From Paenibacillus antri (GTDB taxonomy: Bacteria > Bacillota > Bacilli > Paenibacillales > YIM-B00363): a stretch of 64,000 nt of DNA. Position numbers and translations under genes: made by a program. Every line of letters begins with the position of its first letter. Positions within the stretch are counted from its first letter, which is position 1. The notes under the pieces were generated by a model. That model was given only the letters and a program-made list of their open reading frames with translations. It did no database searches and had not been told where the DNA came from. The stretch is from positions 212,542 to 276,541 of the forward strand of contig NZ_VCIW01000004.1 in NCBI RefSeq assembly GCF_005765165.1, read 5' to 3'. Shown one piece after another: positions 29,262 through 39,600 of this stretch.

Positions 29262-29389
29262 CGCGACGCCTGCATTATCTTGTGCAGGTAAAGCGCTTCT
29301 GCAAGCGTATGGACGAGTAAGTAGCTGCGCTTTTGCAGGCGAGGAGGCGATAGTTCTTTTGGGAATAGATGCATATGCTCGAACGTCAG

Positions 29390-29413
29390 GAACGCCGCGA
29401 GGCGTTTTTTTTC
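29390..29413 (+). terminator. Rho-independent terminator
   Basis: AACGCCgcgaGGCGTT hairpin followed by T8. Confidence 0.6.
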
Positions 29414-29512
29414 ATGACTTCGTCGCCTTCGTAATACTTTCGCCATGTTCGTCGACCGCGAAATGAGCGAAGATCATACATGTAAGACAGAGGAAACGGA
29501 GGCAAGCGAAAC

Positions 29513-30931
29513 ATGGATCGATTAACGAAAACGCACGGGAACAACCACTACGAGGTCGGATTGGAGCACGGCGCATTGCATGTGTTCGCGAATGCCGAGG
29601 TCATGGGCAGCTTCGAGGACAAAGTTTTCGAGATGGCGGACAACAACCTGCGGATTCCCCGCAACCAATATATGAGCTACACCCCGGATGCGCATATCGG
29701 GATCGGAACGTGCATCGGCACGACGGCCGTCTGGAGCATGAAGGACGGCTTCGTCTCTCCGTCGATCGTCGGCGTCGACATCGGCTGCGGCATGCGAGTG
29801 CACACGACGAAACTGCATAAGCGAGACCTGCAGGACAAAGCCGTCCGGCGCCGCCTCATCCAGGCGATCGAGCGGTACGTCCCCACGAACGAACGGACGA
29901 ATTCGCATTACGCGGACATCGATACGATGGACGTCGTTCGATATGGATTGAAGGGATTGCCGGAGCGGTACGTTCCGAACGAACGTTGGGTCTCGCATGT
30001 GGAGCGGTCGACGTTCGCATTCGACCACGAGTACCTCGGGAAGCTGCCGGACAACATTCGAAAATACGCCCACGGCCAGCTCGGGACGCTTGGCGGCGGA
30101 AACCATTTCATCGAACTTCAATACTTGGAAATTCCCGATGAAGCGACGGATACCGCGACGGCGTGGGGATTGTTCGACGGGCAAGTCGTCGTCATGATCC
30201 ACTCGGGGTCGCGGGCGTGGGGCGCGATGCTCGGGCAGTCGTATACGAAAATATTCCGCGAAGCGATGTTCGCATGGGGCGTGACGAATCCGGACCGGAA
30301 TTTGTTATACGCGCCGATCGGAAGCGACGTCGGACAGACGTACCTCCACCTGATGCACTCCGCTCTGAACTTCGCCGTCAGCAACCGGCACATGATCGCT
30401 TACGGCGTGCAACAAGCGTTCTGCGACGTGTTCGGAGCGGAGACGGAGCTTCCCGCGTTGTACGATCTGATGCATAACTACGCGCTCAAGGAGTTCCACC
30501 GGAACGAACCGATGCTCGTACACCGCAAGGGCGCTACTCGCGCCTTGCCGCCGGGCCACTTCTTGAACGCGGCTGCGTACAAGGAAACCGGGCACCCGGC
30601 TTTGATCCCGGGCTCGATGGGAACGGCGTCGTACCTTATGCGCGGCCGGGCGGAAGGGGAGAAGAATTTCTACTCCATCTGTCACGGCGCGGGGCGCGCC
30701 CGGTCGCGGAAGGCGACGAAGGAGCTCGTCACCGTCGATCAATTCGAAGCGTCGATGAAGGTCGGGACCGACGACGAGATCTTGGTCAACCACCGTTCGC
30801 TGAAGTCGATCCTCGACGAGTGCCCGCAAGCGTACAAGGATGTGGATTCGATCGTCGACAGCGTCGTCGGCGCGCGGCTCGCGGACGTCATCGCGAAATG
30901 TAAGCCGATGGCGGCGATCAAAGGCGTGTAA
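29513..30931 (+). CDS. rtcB: RNA-splicing ligase RtcB (3'-phosphate/5'-hydroxyl RNA ligase)
   Basis: Family hallmarks DIGCGMR, GGGNHFIELQ, HSGSR..G. 472 aa. Confidence 0.9.
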   Translation: MDRLTKTHGNNHYEVGLEHGALHVFANAEVMGSFEDKVFEMADNNLRIPRNQYMSYTPDAHIGIGTCIGTTAVWSMKDGFVSPSIVGVDIGCGMRVHTTKLHKRDLQDKAVRRRLIQAIERYVPTNERTNSHYADIDTMDVVRYGLKGLPERYVPNERWVSHVERSTFAFDHEYLGKLPDNIRKYAHGQLGTLGGGNHFIELQYLEIPDEATDTATAWGLFDGQVVVMIHSGSRAWGAMLGQSYTKIFREAMFAWGVTNPDRNLLYAPIGSDVGQTYLHLMHSALNFAVSNRHMIAYGVQQAFCDVFGAETELPALYDLMHNYALKEFHRNEPMLVHRKGATRALPPGHFLNAAAYKETGHPALIPGSMGTASYLMRGRAEGEKNFYSICHGAGRARSRKATKELVTVDQFEASMKVGTDDEILVNHRSLKSILDECPQAYKDVDSIVDSVVGARLADVIAKCKPMAAIKGV

Positions 30932-31039
30932 CACAGGTTATTTACGCATAGTTGACGGACGTCGGAAGACGTTTGATCATATATGGCTCTTGCTCGGACG
31001 GTTCGTAACGAGGCTGGGATTTCCGTATGGTCCCGCAGT

Positions 31040-31135
31040 GCCGCCGCTCGTTCGGTTGGCGGTATCCTGTACGGCCGCTCCGGCAGAAGCCCCTGAACGG
31101 GGTTCGATTCCCCAATCGCTCAAGAGCGATCGCCT
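31040..31135 (+). ncRNA. Candidate structured RNA element with tRNA-like T-arm hairpin (GGGG-TTCGATT-CCCC) and adjacent stem-loops; function unknown
   Basis: A perfect 4-bp stem and 7-nt loop matching the tRNA T-loop consensus lies at ~31099-31113. It is flanked by further hairpins (ATCGCT-caag-AGCGAT, CTCGA-n8-TCGAG, CCTAGGCGGC...GCCGC-CTAGG) inside a 507-nt non-coding gap after rtcB. It cannot be folded into a full tRNA. Coordinates are ±2. Confidence 0.25.
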
Positions 31136-31438
31136 GGCGTGCATTCTCGACTTTCCATCGAGGGTAATGAGGAAGAAGACCAAGAGCATTGGAATCCCTA
31201 GGCGGCTTCAATATGCGCCGCTGCGGCTAGGCTTTGCAATCCCGCGGATCCCGAACAGGCGCCGCCGGGCGCGCATGCCGAGGGAAGAAGAGATGGAGGA
31301 GGGCTGATTTCGGGTCTTTGCTCCGCTCGGAACTCGAAGCTTGCTTCGCCCGGAGATCGCCGGTTCTCAACCGGGATTCCGCCCGCGCCGCAGCGGGATT
31401 CCACGCTTAGGTCGCATCATTCGAAGGAGGTTCTAGAC

Positions 31439-32563
31439 ATGTTTACGAAAATAACGATACAAACGGATGAGCGCGGGTTGCTCTTTCATAAAGGCAGTTA
31501 CGTCCGCATGCTGCTCCCGGGGACGTACCGGTTCGCGCCGTGGTCGCAGCATTCCGTGACGGCGTTGAAGGTGACGAAGCCGTTCGCCGTAGAGGGGAAG
31601 GAACTGGCGTTGTTCCTGCATGACGAGACGCTTACGCGGCAGCTCGATGTCGTCCGAGTGGCGGATCACGAGGTCGTCTTGCATTACGAGGACGGGCAAT
31701 TCGAGCAGCTTCTGAAGCCTGGCGTCTATGCATTCTGGAACGTACTGAAGCGGCACGCGTTCGTGCGGGCGGACATTCGGGATCCGGAGCTCCCGGCCGA
31801 GGTGGATCGCGCGCTGCTGACGAAGCTGACCACGCACGTACAATCGTATGAGATCGAGAGCTTCGAAGCCGGCTTTCTGTTCTACAACCATGTGCTGCAG
31901 CGGCAGCTGGCGCCGGGGAAATATTACTTCTGGCGAGGTCCGACGGCGATACTCGTGAAGACGGTCGATCTGCGCCAGCAGCAGATGGACCTGCTCGGCC
32001 AAGAAATGATGACGGAAGATAAAGTGACGCTGCGGTTGAACTTCGTCTGCCAATATAAGATTGTTCGCCCGGATCGCGCACTCGAGCTGAAGGCGTTCGA
32101 CGAGCAGATTCATATCCAGCTGCAGTTGGCGCTCCGGGAGTACGTCGGATCGCTGAAACTGGACGATCTGCTGCGGCGCAAGCAAGAAGCGGCTTCGTTC
32201 GCGCTGTCGCGCTTGCGCGAGAAGAGCGAGGAGTTCGGGGTTTCGTTCCTGGGTGCGGGCGTCAAGGATATCATTTTGCCGGGGGACATGAAAGAAATCT
32301 TGAACACGGTACTGCTTGCCGAAAAGAAGGCGCAGGCGAACCTCATCACGCGCCGAGAGGAGACGGCCTCGACCCGCAGCTTGCTGAACACGGCGAAGCT
32401 GATGGACGAGAACGAGACGTTGTTCCGTCTCAAAGAGCTCGAATTCCTCGAGAAAATTTGCGAGAAGATCGGCTCCGTCTCGCTTACGGGCGGCGGGGAT
32501 TTATTGGAGCGGCTGCAAATGTTGATCGGCGAGAAGAAGCCTGCGGGGAGAGGAAGGGCGTAG
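31439..32563 (+). CDS. SPFH/band-7 (stomatin/prohibitin-like) domain protein with unassigned ~170-aa N-terminal domain, no TM segment
   Basis: C-terminal half carries band-7 signatures (...KVTLRLNFVCQYKIV...VKDIILPGDMKEILNTVLLAEKKAQANLI...). RBS GAAGGAGG. The stop TAG abuts the ATG of the next gene. Confidence 0.8.
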   Translation: MFTKITIQTDERGLLFHKGSYVRMLLPGTYRFAPWSQHSVTALKVTKPFAVEGKELALFLHDETLTRQLDVVRVADHEVVLHYEDGQFEQLLKPGVYAFWNVLKRHAFVRADIRDPELPAEVDRALLTKLTTHVQSYEIESFEAGFLFYNHVLQRQLAPGKYYFWRGPTAILVKTVDLRQQQMDLLGQEMMTEDKVTLRLNFVCQYKIVRPDRALELKAFDEQIHIQLQLALREYVGSLKLDDLLRRKQEAASFALSRLREKSEEFGVSFLGAGVKDIILPGDMKEILNTVLLAEKKAQANLITRREETASTRSLLNTAKLMDENETLFRLKELEFLEKICEKIGSVSLTGGGDLLERLQMLIGEKKPAGRGRA

Positions 32564-33337
32564 ATGCGGGAACGGATCGCGTCTCAGCTAGATTCGATCG
32601 AGAAGGCGCATGAGTTGAAAGTGTTGTTCGCCGTCGAGTCGGGGAGCCGCGCCTGGGGGTTCCCCTCGGTCGACAGCGATTACGATGTGCGGTTCGTCTA
32701 CGTGAAGCGGCCGGCCTGGTACTTGTCGATCGACGAGAAGCGGGACGTCGTCGAGGTGCCCATCAACGACATGCTGGATATTAACGGGTGGGATCTGCGC
32801 AAAGCGCTGCGTCTGTTCCGCAAATCCAACCCGCCGCTCATGGAGTGGCTGACGTCGGAGCTCGTATACGCGGACAACCTCGGGTTTCGGGACGAATTGC
32901 TGCGGCTGCGGAACCGCGTCTTCTCGCCCAAGGCGTCGATGCACCATTATTTGAGTATGGCGAAGCGGAACTTCCGGGAATATCTGCAAGGGGATCAAGT
33001 GAAAATCAAGAAGTACTTCTACGTTCTGCGTCCGGTGCTCGCGTGCTTGTGGATCGAGAAGTACGATACCGTGCCGCCGATCCGGTTTCAAACCTTGGCG
33101 GAAGACCTGCTCCCGGCTTCTCCCCTGAAGCGGGAAGTGGAACAACTGCTCCGACGCAAGCTCGCCGGCGAAGAGATGGGTCTGGAAAATCGGTTAGATG
33201 CGATTAACGCATTCGTCGAGGCGGAGCTGGAACGTCTGCTCGAGTCGGCTTCCGTCTATGCGACTACCGGCGAGGATCCCACGCCGTTGTTGGACGACGT
33301 GTTTCGGAAGTTCCTTGGAGCCGCGTGGAAGTCTTGA
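32564..33337 (+). CDS. Pol-β superfamily nucleotidyltransferase domain protein (Nuc-transf / pfam10127-like)
   Basis: Catalytic motif GSRAWGFPSVDSDYDV (GS...[DE]xD). 257 aa. Translationally coupled to the SPFH gene (tagATG). Confidence 0.7.
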   Translation: MRERIASQLDSIEKAHELKVLFAVESGSRAWGFPSVDSDYDVRFVYVKRPAWYLSIDEKRDVVEVPINDMLDINGWDLRKALRLFRKSNPPLMEWLTSELVYADNLGFRDELLRLRNRVFSPKASMHHYLSMAKRNFREYLQGDQVKIKKYFYVLRPVLACLWIEKYDTVPPIRFQTLAEDLLPASPLKREVEQLLRRKLAGEEMGLENRLDAINAFVEAELERLLESASVYATTGEDPTPLLDDVFRKFLGAAWKS

Positions 33338-33450
33338 GAAATAATATACACAAATTGTCATAATAATCTATTCATTTTCTAAGTCAGGCCCTTTATTCTT
33401 TAGAAGTGCTTGTCAAAGGAATAGAAACGGGGAGGAATGTTCATGGCTAG

Positions 33451-35664
33451 ATGGACCAGTCGGGGGCGCCGCCGATGACGAAGACGCGTCGACTTGCTTA
33501 TGTGAATCCGCTGCAGGGGACGGCGTCGACGTTCTCGTACTCCAACGGCAATACGCTGCCGATCGTCGGCCGTCCGTTCGGCATGGCGTCTTGGAGTCCG
33601 CAAACCGACGAGGCGGGAGGGGGCTGGTTTTTTCATCCGTCCCATCGGCACTTGCAAGGCATCCGTCTTACGCATCAGCCGAGCCCCTGGATCGGCGATT
33701 ACGGGCATCTCGTCCTGCTTCCTCAGACCGGACCGCTCTGCCTCGAACCGGGCAAGCGCGCCTCGTCGTTCAAGCCGGAGGCGATGACGATCCGGCCGGA
33801 CTTGTTCCGCGCGGAGCTGCTCCGGTACCGTACGACGCTCGAGCTGACGCCGACGATGCGATGCGCCGGACTTCGGCTCCGTTTCCCTCCGGGGGAGGAG
33901 GCGCGCCTGCTGCTTTCGCTGATCGACGGCGCGGCCCGCGTGGACGTCGATCCGTCCGAGCGGCGCGTCACGGGCTTCACCCGGGCGAATCGGGGCGGAG
34001 CTCCCGACTCGTTCGCCATGTACTTCGTCATGGAGTTCGATTGCGAGTTGGTCGCGGAGCGGAGCGGGACGTGGAACGACGGATACGCGACGTCGCCGGA
34101 GCCGCGCATGGAAGGGAACGGCATCGGCGCCTTCATCGGTTTGGTCCCCGGCGCGGACGGCGTCGCGAACGTGCGCATCGGCACGTCGTTCGTCAGCGGC
34201 GATCAAGCGGCTTACAACCTGCGGTCGGAGGTCGGTGGGAAAGACTTCGAGGCGCTGCGGTCGGAGGCCGCCGCCGAGTGGGAGGATACGCTCGACCGGA
34301 TCGACGTCGAGGATGACGACGAAAACCGGAAGCGGACGTTCTACTCTTGCTTCTACCGACTCTGCTTGTTCCCAAGGACGTGGCACGAGATCGATCCGCA
34401 GGGCCGAACGATTCACTACAGCCCTTATAACGGTACGGTATGCGAAGGACCGATGTATTCGGATCAAGGCTTCTGGGACGTCTACCGAACGGCGTACCCG
34501 CTGTTCAGCCTCCTGTTCCCCACGCTGCTCGGCGACATTCTGCAGGGCTGGGTATCGGCTTATCGCGAAGGGGGCTGGCTGCCGAAGTGGGCATCCCCGG
34601 GGGAACGAAGCGTCATGCCGGGCACGCTCGCCGACGCTGTCTTCGCGGACGCGGCGGCGAAGGGCATCGGCGGCTTCGACTTGGCGACGGCATACGAAGG
34701 GCTGGTCAAGCATGCGACCGAACCTTCCGATCAACCCGGAATCGGACGCAAAGGGCTGCGGGATTACCTCGAATACGGGTATTTGCCCCATGACCGGTAC
34801 CCGAAGGAAAGCGTAAGCTCCACGCTTGATTACGCGTACGGAGACTTCTGTATCGCGCAAGTCGCCCGCCGCCTCGGGAAAGCGGAGGAGGCGCAGGCCT
34901 TCGAGGAACGGGCAGGCAATTACAAGCATCTGTTCGATCCCGCCGTCGGCTTCATGCGAGGGCGGCATGCGGACGGCAGCTGGCTTGAGCCCTTCGATCC
35001 GTTCGAATGGGGCGGGCCGTACTGCGAAGGGGGGCCATGGCAGTGCAGTTGGGCGGTGCAGCACGACGTCCCGGGCTTGGCGGCGCTGATGGGCGGGAAG
35101 GAGCGGATGCTCGAGCGTCTGCGGGAGCTGTTGATGCAGCCGGCTTACTTCAAGCCAGGCTCCTACGGCTTCGAGATTCACGAGATGTCCGAGATGGCCG
35201 CGTCCGAACTCGGTCAGCTCGCGATCAGCAATCAGCCGAGCTTCCACATCCCGTACTTATTCGCGGCGCTCGGCTCGCCGGCGGAGACGCAGCGTTTAGT
35301 ACGCAAGACGTTGGACGTCGCTTTCGGGCCGGGAACCGACGGCTTCCCGGGCGACGAAGACAACGGCAGCACGGCGGCCTGGTTCATGCTGAGCGCCATG
35401 GGGCTGTACCCGCTCTGTCCGGGCGTGCCGGAATATACGCTAGGGAGCCCGTTGTTCGACAAGGTGACGATTCGCTTGGAGGACGGCGGCGAGCTCGTCG
35501 TCGCGGCGGAAGGGAATGCGCCGGATCGCCCCTACGTGAGCCGGTTGCTTGTGAATGGCCGCGAGCACCGGGTTTCGACGGTATCGCATGCGACGCTCGC
35601 CGCGGGCGCGGAGCTCCGCTTCGCCATGACGGATCGTCCCGTCTCCGCGACGCAGCAGTGCTAA
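33451..35664 (+). CDS. Glycoside hydrolase family 92 (α-mannosidase-like), cytoplasmic
   Basis: N-terminal GH92 pattern (VNPLQGT...NGNTLP...RPFGMASWSPQTD) and a ~737-aa length typical of GH92. No signal peptide. Start may be 33475. The minus ORF 33400-35247 is an antisense shadow. Confidence 0.75.
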   Translation: MDQSGAPPMTKTRRLAYVNPLQGTASTFSYSNGNTLPIVGRPFGMASWSPQTDEAGGGWFFHPSHRHLQGIRLTHQPSPWIGDYGHLVLLPQTGPLCLEPGKRASSFKPEAMTIRPDLFRAELLRYRTTLELTPTMRCAGLRLRFPPGEEARLLLSLIDGAARVDVDPSERRVTGFTRANRGGAPDSFAMYFVMEFDCELVAERSGTWNDGYATSPEPRMEGNGIGAFIGLVPGADGVANVRIGTSFVSGDQAAYNLRSEVGGKDFEALRSEAAAEWEDTLDRIDVEDDDENRKRTFYSCFYRLCLFPRTWHEIDPQGRTIHYSPYNGTVCEGPMYSDQGFWDVYRTAYPLFSLLFPTLLGDILQGWVSAYREGGWLPKWASPGERSVMPGTLADAVFADAAAKGIGGFDLATAYEGLVKHATEPSDQPGIGRKGLRDYLEYGYLPHDRYPKESVSSTLDYAYGDFCIAQVARRLGKAEEAQAFEERAGNYKHLFDPAVGFMRGRHADGSWLEPFDPFEWGGPYCEGGPWQCSWAVQHDVPGLAALMGGKERMLERLRELLMQPAYFKPGSYGFEIHEMSEMAASELGQLAISNQPSFHIPYLFAALGSPAETQRLVRKTLDVAFGPGTDGFPGDEDNGSTAAWFMLSAMGLYPLCPGVPEYTLGSPLFDKVTIRLEDGGELVVAAEGNAPDRPYVSRLLVNGREHRVSTVSHATLAAGAELRFAMTDRPVSATQQC

Positions 35665-35766
35665 ACGGGAGACATCCGCGCAGGGAGTTATTTAATGCTT
35701 CCCGGAAGGGTTTTCCTCGTCTGCATCGAATCCTTCCTCTATAGGCATGGAGGAGGCGCATTCCGT

Positions 35767-36519
35767 ATGAACATCGATTTATCCGGGAAGACCGCTCTGA
35801 TCACGGGAGCGACGGGTCAGCTTGGGAGGGTGATGGCTCGAACGTTGGCGAACTGCGGGGCCGATATCGTCATTCACTACCATAGCAACGAAGAGAAAGC
35901 CGCGCAGCTGAAGCAAGAAATCGAAGCATTGGGCAGATCCGCGTTCGCGGTTCAAGCCGATATCACCGATTTCGCTTCCGTGCTCCGAATGAAAGACGCG
36001 ATAGCGAATCGCGTCGACATCGTCGTTGCCAACGCCGTCGTCCAGTATCAATGGACGACCGTTCTGGAACAACCGTTGGAGGATTACGCGAGCCAATTCG
36101 ATTCGTGCGTCCTGCAGAGCGTTCATTTGGCGAAAGCGTTCGTTCCGGGGATGATTGCGAACAAATACGGCCGCATGATCGGCATCAACACGGAGTGCGC
36201 GATGCAGAACTTCCCGGGGCAATCCGCTTATGTGGCCGGGAAACGGGGAATGGACGGGATTTACCGGGTGTTGGCGAAAGAAGTCGGCGAGCACCGAATA
36301 ACCGTGAACCAGGTGGCGCCGGGCTGGACGATCAGCGACCGGGACCGAGAGAATCGCACGGAGCGCAACGAATCGTACGAGAAGGGCGTTCCGTTACGAA
36401 GACGCGGAACCGATCAGGAAATCGCGAATGCGGTGGCGTTCTTGGCATCCGATCTAGCTAGCTTTATTACAGGGGCTTATGTTCCGGTGAACGGCGGCAA
36501 CGTGATGCCGACGATCTGA
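35767..36519 (+). CDS. SDR family oxidoreductase (FabG-like)
   Basis: TALITGATGQLGRVMA NAD(P)-binding motif. RBS GGAGGAGG. Confidence 0.85.
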   Translation: MNIDLSGKTALITGATGQLGRVMARTLANCGADIVIHYHSNEEKAAQLKQEIEALGRSAFAVQADITDFASVLRMKDAIANRVDIVVANAVVQYQWTTVLEQPLEDYASQFDSCVLQSVHLAKAFVPGMIANKYGRMIGINTECAMQNFPGQSAYVAGKRGMDGIYRVLAKEVGEHRITVNQVAPGWTISDRDRENRTERNESYEKGVPLRRRGTDQEIANAVAFLASDLASFITGAYVPVNGGNVMPTI

Positions 36520-36536
36520 ATACAACAGCGCTTCGC

Positions 36537-36586
36537 AAGGCATGGGTTCGGCAATTCGCCGAACCCATGCCTTTATCATTTTTCGC
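36537..36586 (+). terminator. Strong rho-independent terminator
   Basis: Near-perfect 15-bp inverted repeat AAGGCATGGGTTCGGC/GCCGAACCCATGCCTT followed by TATCATTTTTCG. Confidence 0.85.
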
Positions 36587-36689
36587 CTTATTAAGGGATG
36601 AAAGAGACTAAGTTGAGAGAAGCGTGAGAGTATTTTCGAATTACAATAGGGATGCGATCCCCCCAGAAACGAAGCAAAGGAGGAATGTC

Positions 36690-39600
36690 GTGAGTTTTCG
36701 GACTATCAGAAAGAACCTTGCGGCGCTGATCGTCGCGGGAATGCTCGCCGGTTCGACCGTGCCTGCCGGCTCGGCGGCGGGCGCTTCCAGGGATCCCGAC
36801 GAATCGATCCCGGCTTGGGCCGAGAGGGAGATTCATGCGTTGTTGGCCGAGGGCGTGTTGACGGGGTACGAGGACGGAACGATCCGACCGGAGCAGCCGA
36901 TCGCAAGGGCGGAATTCGCTGCGATGCTGAACCGAATGATACCGCAAAGCGAGGGCGCGAGGGCCGGCCATCCGTCGCCGTATCGGGACGTCCGCGAACA
37001 ATGGTTCGCGGGCGACGTCGCGCGCGGGACGGCGAGGGGCATCTTAACCGGATACGAGGACGGGACGTTCCGCCCGCTGGCGCCGGTAACGAGATTCGAA
37101 GCGGCTTCGATGCTGAACCGTTGGCTCTCGCTGCCGGGAAGCGGCAGCGTTGCTTTCGCGGATCGCGCCGATATTCCGAGTTGGGCGGCGGAAGCCGTAA
37201 GCGCATTAGCAGAGCATGGAATCCTGCTAGGTTACGAAGACGTGAACTATCGCGGGGACCGACAAGTCACCCGCGCGGAAGCGGCGGTTATACTGCATCG
37301 CATTCGCGAGAGGGAGCCCGCGAAACAAGAGCTGACCGTGCGCGTCATCGATCCGGGCGGAGCGCCGCTTGCGGGCGCTGAGGTATCCGTGCATGCCAAG
37401 GGCAAGCGATTCCCGATGGAATGGGGCGTAACGAACGAGGAAGGGGAATGGACCGCAGCCGTTCGGAGCGGAGCGTACGACATCGCCGTGCAGCACGAGG
37501 ACGGATGGGCCGCGTATCGTAGCGCACAGGTCGAGAAGCGGCCGGCGAACGTCGACGTCAAGGCGGAGAAGGCCGCGGTCTTTACGGGAACGATCGTTCA
37601 CGAGGACGGCTCGGCTTATGCGGGGGCATGGCTTTCGATAACGACGAACCCGACGTTCCTTGGTAGCTCGAAACAGGACGGCAGCTTCGCCGTCTATGTC
37701 CTCCCGGAGCGAACGTACCGCCTGTCGGTCTTGAGCGGACTCGATGGGGCCCCCTCTTTTCCGGGGCAGGTGCCGGCCGGGCTTTCCCTATTCGACGACG
37801 ACGCGGCGAACGTTCCTTGCGACGGCTGCGAAGTCGATCTGTTGGAGCGGCCGCTCGCGGCGCCGAACGCCGGAAGCAAGGTCGATCTCGGCAAGCTGAT
37901 CGCTACGGACCTCAACCGGGAGGCGGTTCGAGCCGGGGGCGGAGGCGCAGGCGGGAGCGTCGGAGGAGGCGGGAGCGGCGGCGTAGGCGGATCCGAGGAC
38001 CGCACGCCGCCTTCCGTTCCGACCGGGCTCGAGGCGACGGCATACGCGGATCGGATCGAGCTGCGTTGGAACGCGGTAACGGATCGCGACGCAGCGAGGT
38101 ATAACGTGTATCGTTCTTCGGGTCCGGAGGCGGCCTGGCAGCTTGCGAAAGGCGGCATCGTCGGAACGACTTACACCGCAACAGGATTGACGGAAGGAAC
38201 GGAGTATCGATTCGCCGTGTCCGCCGTCGACGCGGCCGGCAACGAATCGTCCCGTTCGGCATCCGTCTCGGCAACGCCGGGAGGCGCGGCGAATCCCGGT
38301 GCGCCGAATCCATTGCGCATCGCCCCGACGTTCGCCGAAGAACATTCCGTTCGCCAGAGCGTATACGGCGAAGGCGGAACGTTGGAAACGACGGACGCCC
38401 GCGGGATCGTATATCGATTGACGATACCTACGGGAGCGTTGGAAGACGACGCGGAGATCGCGATGACTCCGATCTTGCCCGACGGCGACTTCCCGATGAG
38501 CGGCGGCATGACGGCCGGCGTTCGACTGCAGCCTGACGGCCTATTTTTAAGCAAGCCGGCCGTATTGACGATCTCGCTTCCCCGCGCGGTGTCGCAGGCG
38601 GACGGGCAGTCGTTAACCGGATTCGCTTTCGAAGGCGTCGGCGAGGAAACCACTTTATACCCCATTGCCGCTAGCGGCGGCGACATTACGATCCGCGTAT
38701 TTCACTTCAGCGGTTACGGAGCCGGCATGGCGACGGAAGCCGACGCGAACGCGATCGTCGATCATACGCCTTCGGCCCCGCAATCCCGCATCGCCAACGC
38801 GATCGCCGAAGCGATCCGGAGCGAAGCCGGGGGGGATTCGTTGGCGACGCTGTTCGAGCAGCTGTTTATCGCGGAAGTCGCGCCGGCGCTCGACGCCGCG
38901 ATCGCGAATCCGGACACGCTGCCGACCGCGCTGCAAGCTTATTTTTTCTGGGGGCATTGGGCTTCGTTAATGGGATTGGAGGAATTGGTCGGGGAGAAAG
39001 CGAGTTCGGCGGCTGCGAAAGTGGAGCAAGCGCTCGCCGCTGCGTTAGAACTGGCGAGTGTCCGATGCTACGTGGAGAAAGATCCGTCTCAAGTACTCGG
39101 AATGCTCCAGCTCGCTCGACTTGCGACCTTATTAGGTATTGAGCTGGATAGCCGTTTGAATTCCTACATCGCATTGTGTTTGACGTTCAAGGTCGATTTC
39201 GTCGCGGAAACCGGAGCGACCGCAAGCGGATCGTATCCGTACTCGACTCCCGGTCAGTTCGATATCATGACGATGAATGCGCGATTCGAAGGAACCGGCA
39301 AGTTCTCTATCGATATGACGGATCGGGAAGCTGGGAGCGCGGTAACCATGACCGTTCCCTCGTTCGCTCACAGCGGCAAATACTACGATTGGACCGGGGA
39401 GTTTCCCAATTACGAGTTAATCGGTCCTATGGCGGTAGAGCATGGGATCCAGCAACCGTTGGAAAACGGGATCGTCTTCGTCGACTACGATGCGAACTAT
39501 ATCGCCGCTCCGTTCGACCCGTCCAGACTGAAAGCCTCGGTCGAATTCCAGGTCGCCTTTACGGCTCCGGATGTCGGCGGCGGCGCGAAGCTTGGCGATC

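Noticed and set aside
30840-31404. ORFs 30840-31307 (+), 31198-31404 (-), 30942-31211 (-) in the rtcB/SPFH intergenic region
   Set aside because: They start inside rtcB in another frame or lack an RBS. Translations are Arg/Pro-rich low complexity. The region is better explained as structured RNA. A 46-aa basic peptide (ATG ~31177) with a weak GAGGG RBS remains a remote possibility.
30932-31438. Calling the rtcB-downstream element a bona fide Y RNA (Yrl) or a tRNA gene
   Set aside because: No rsr (Ro) gene is adjacent. I could not find a Ro-binding terminal helix formed by the 5' and 3' ends (the tested GGTCC/GACCA pairing does not extend). The T-arm lacks matching acceptor, D and anticodon arms. 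It is reported only as a tRNA-like structured element.
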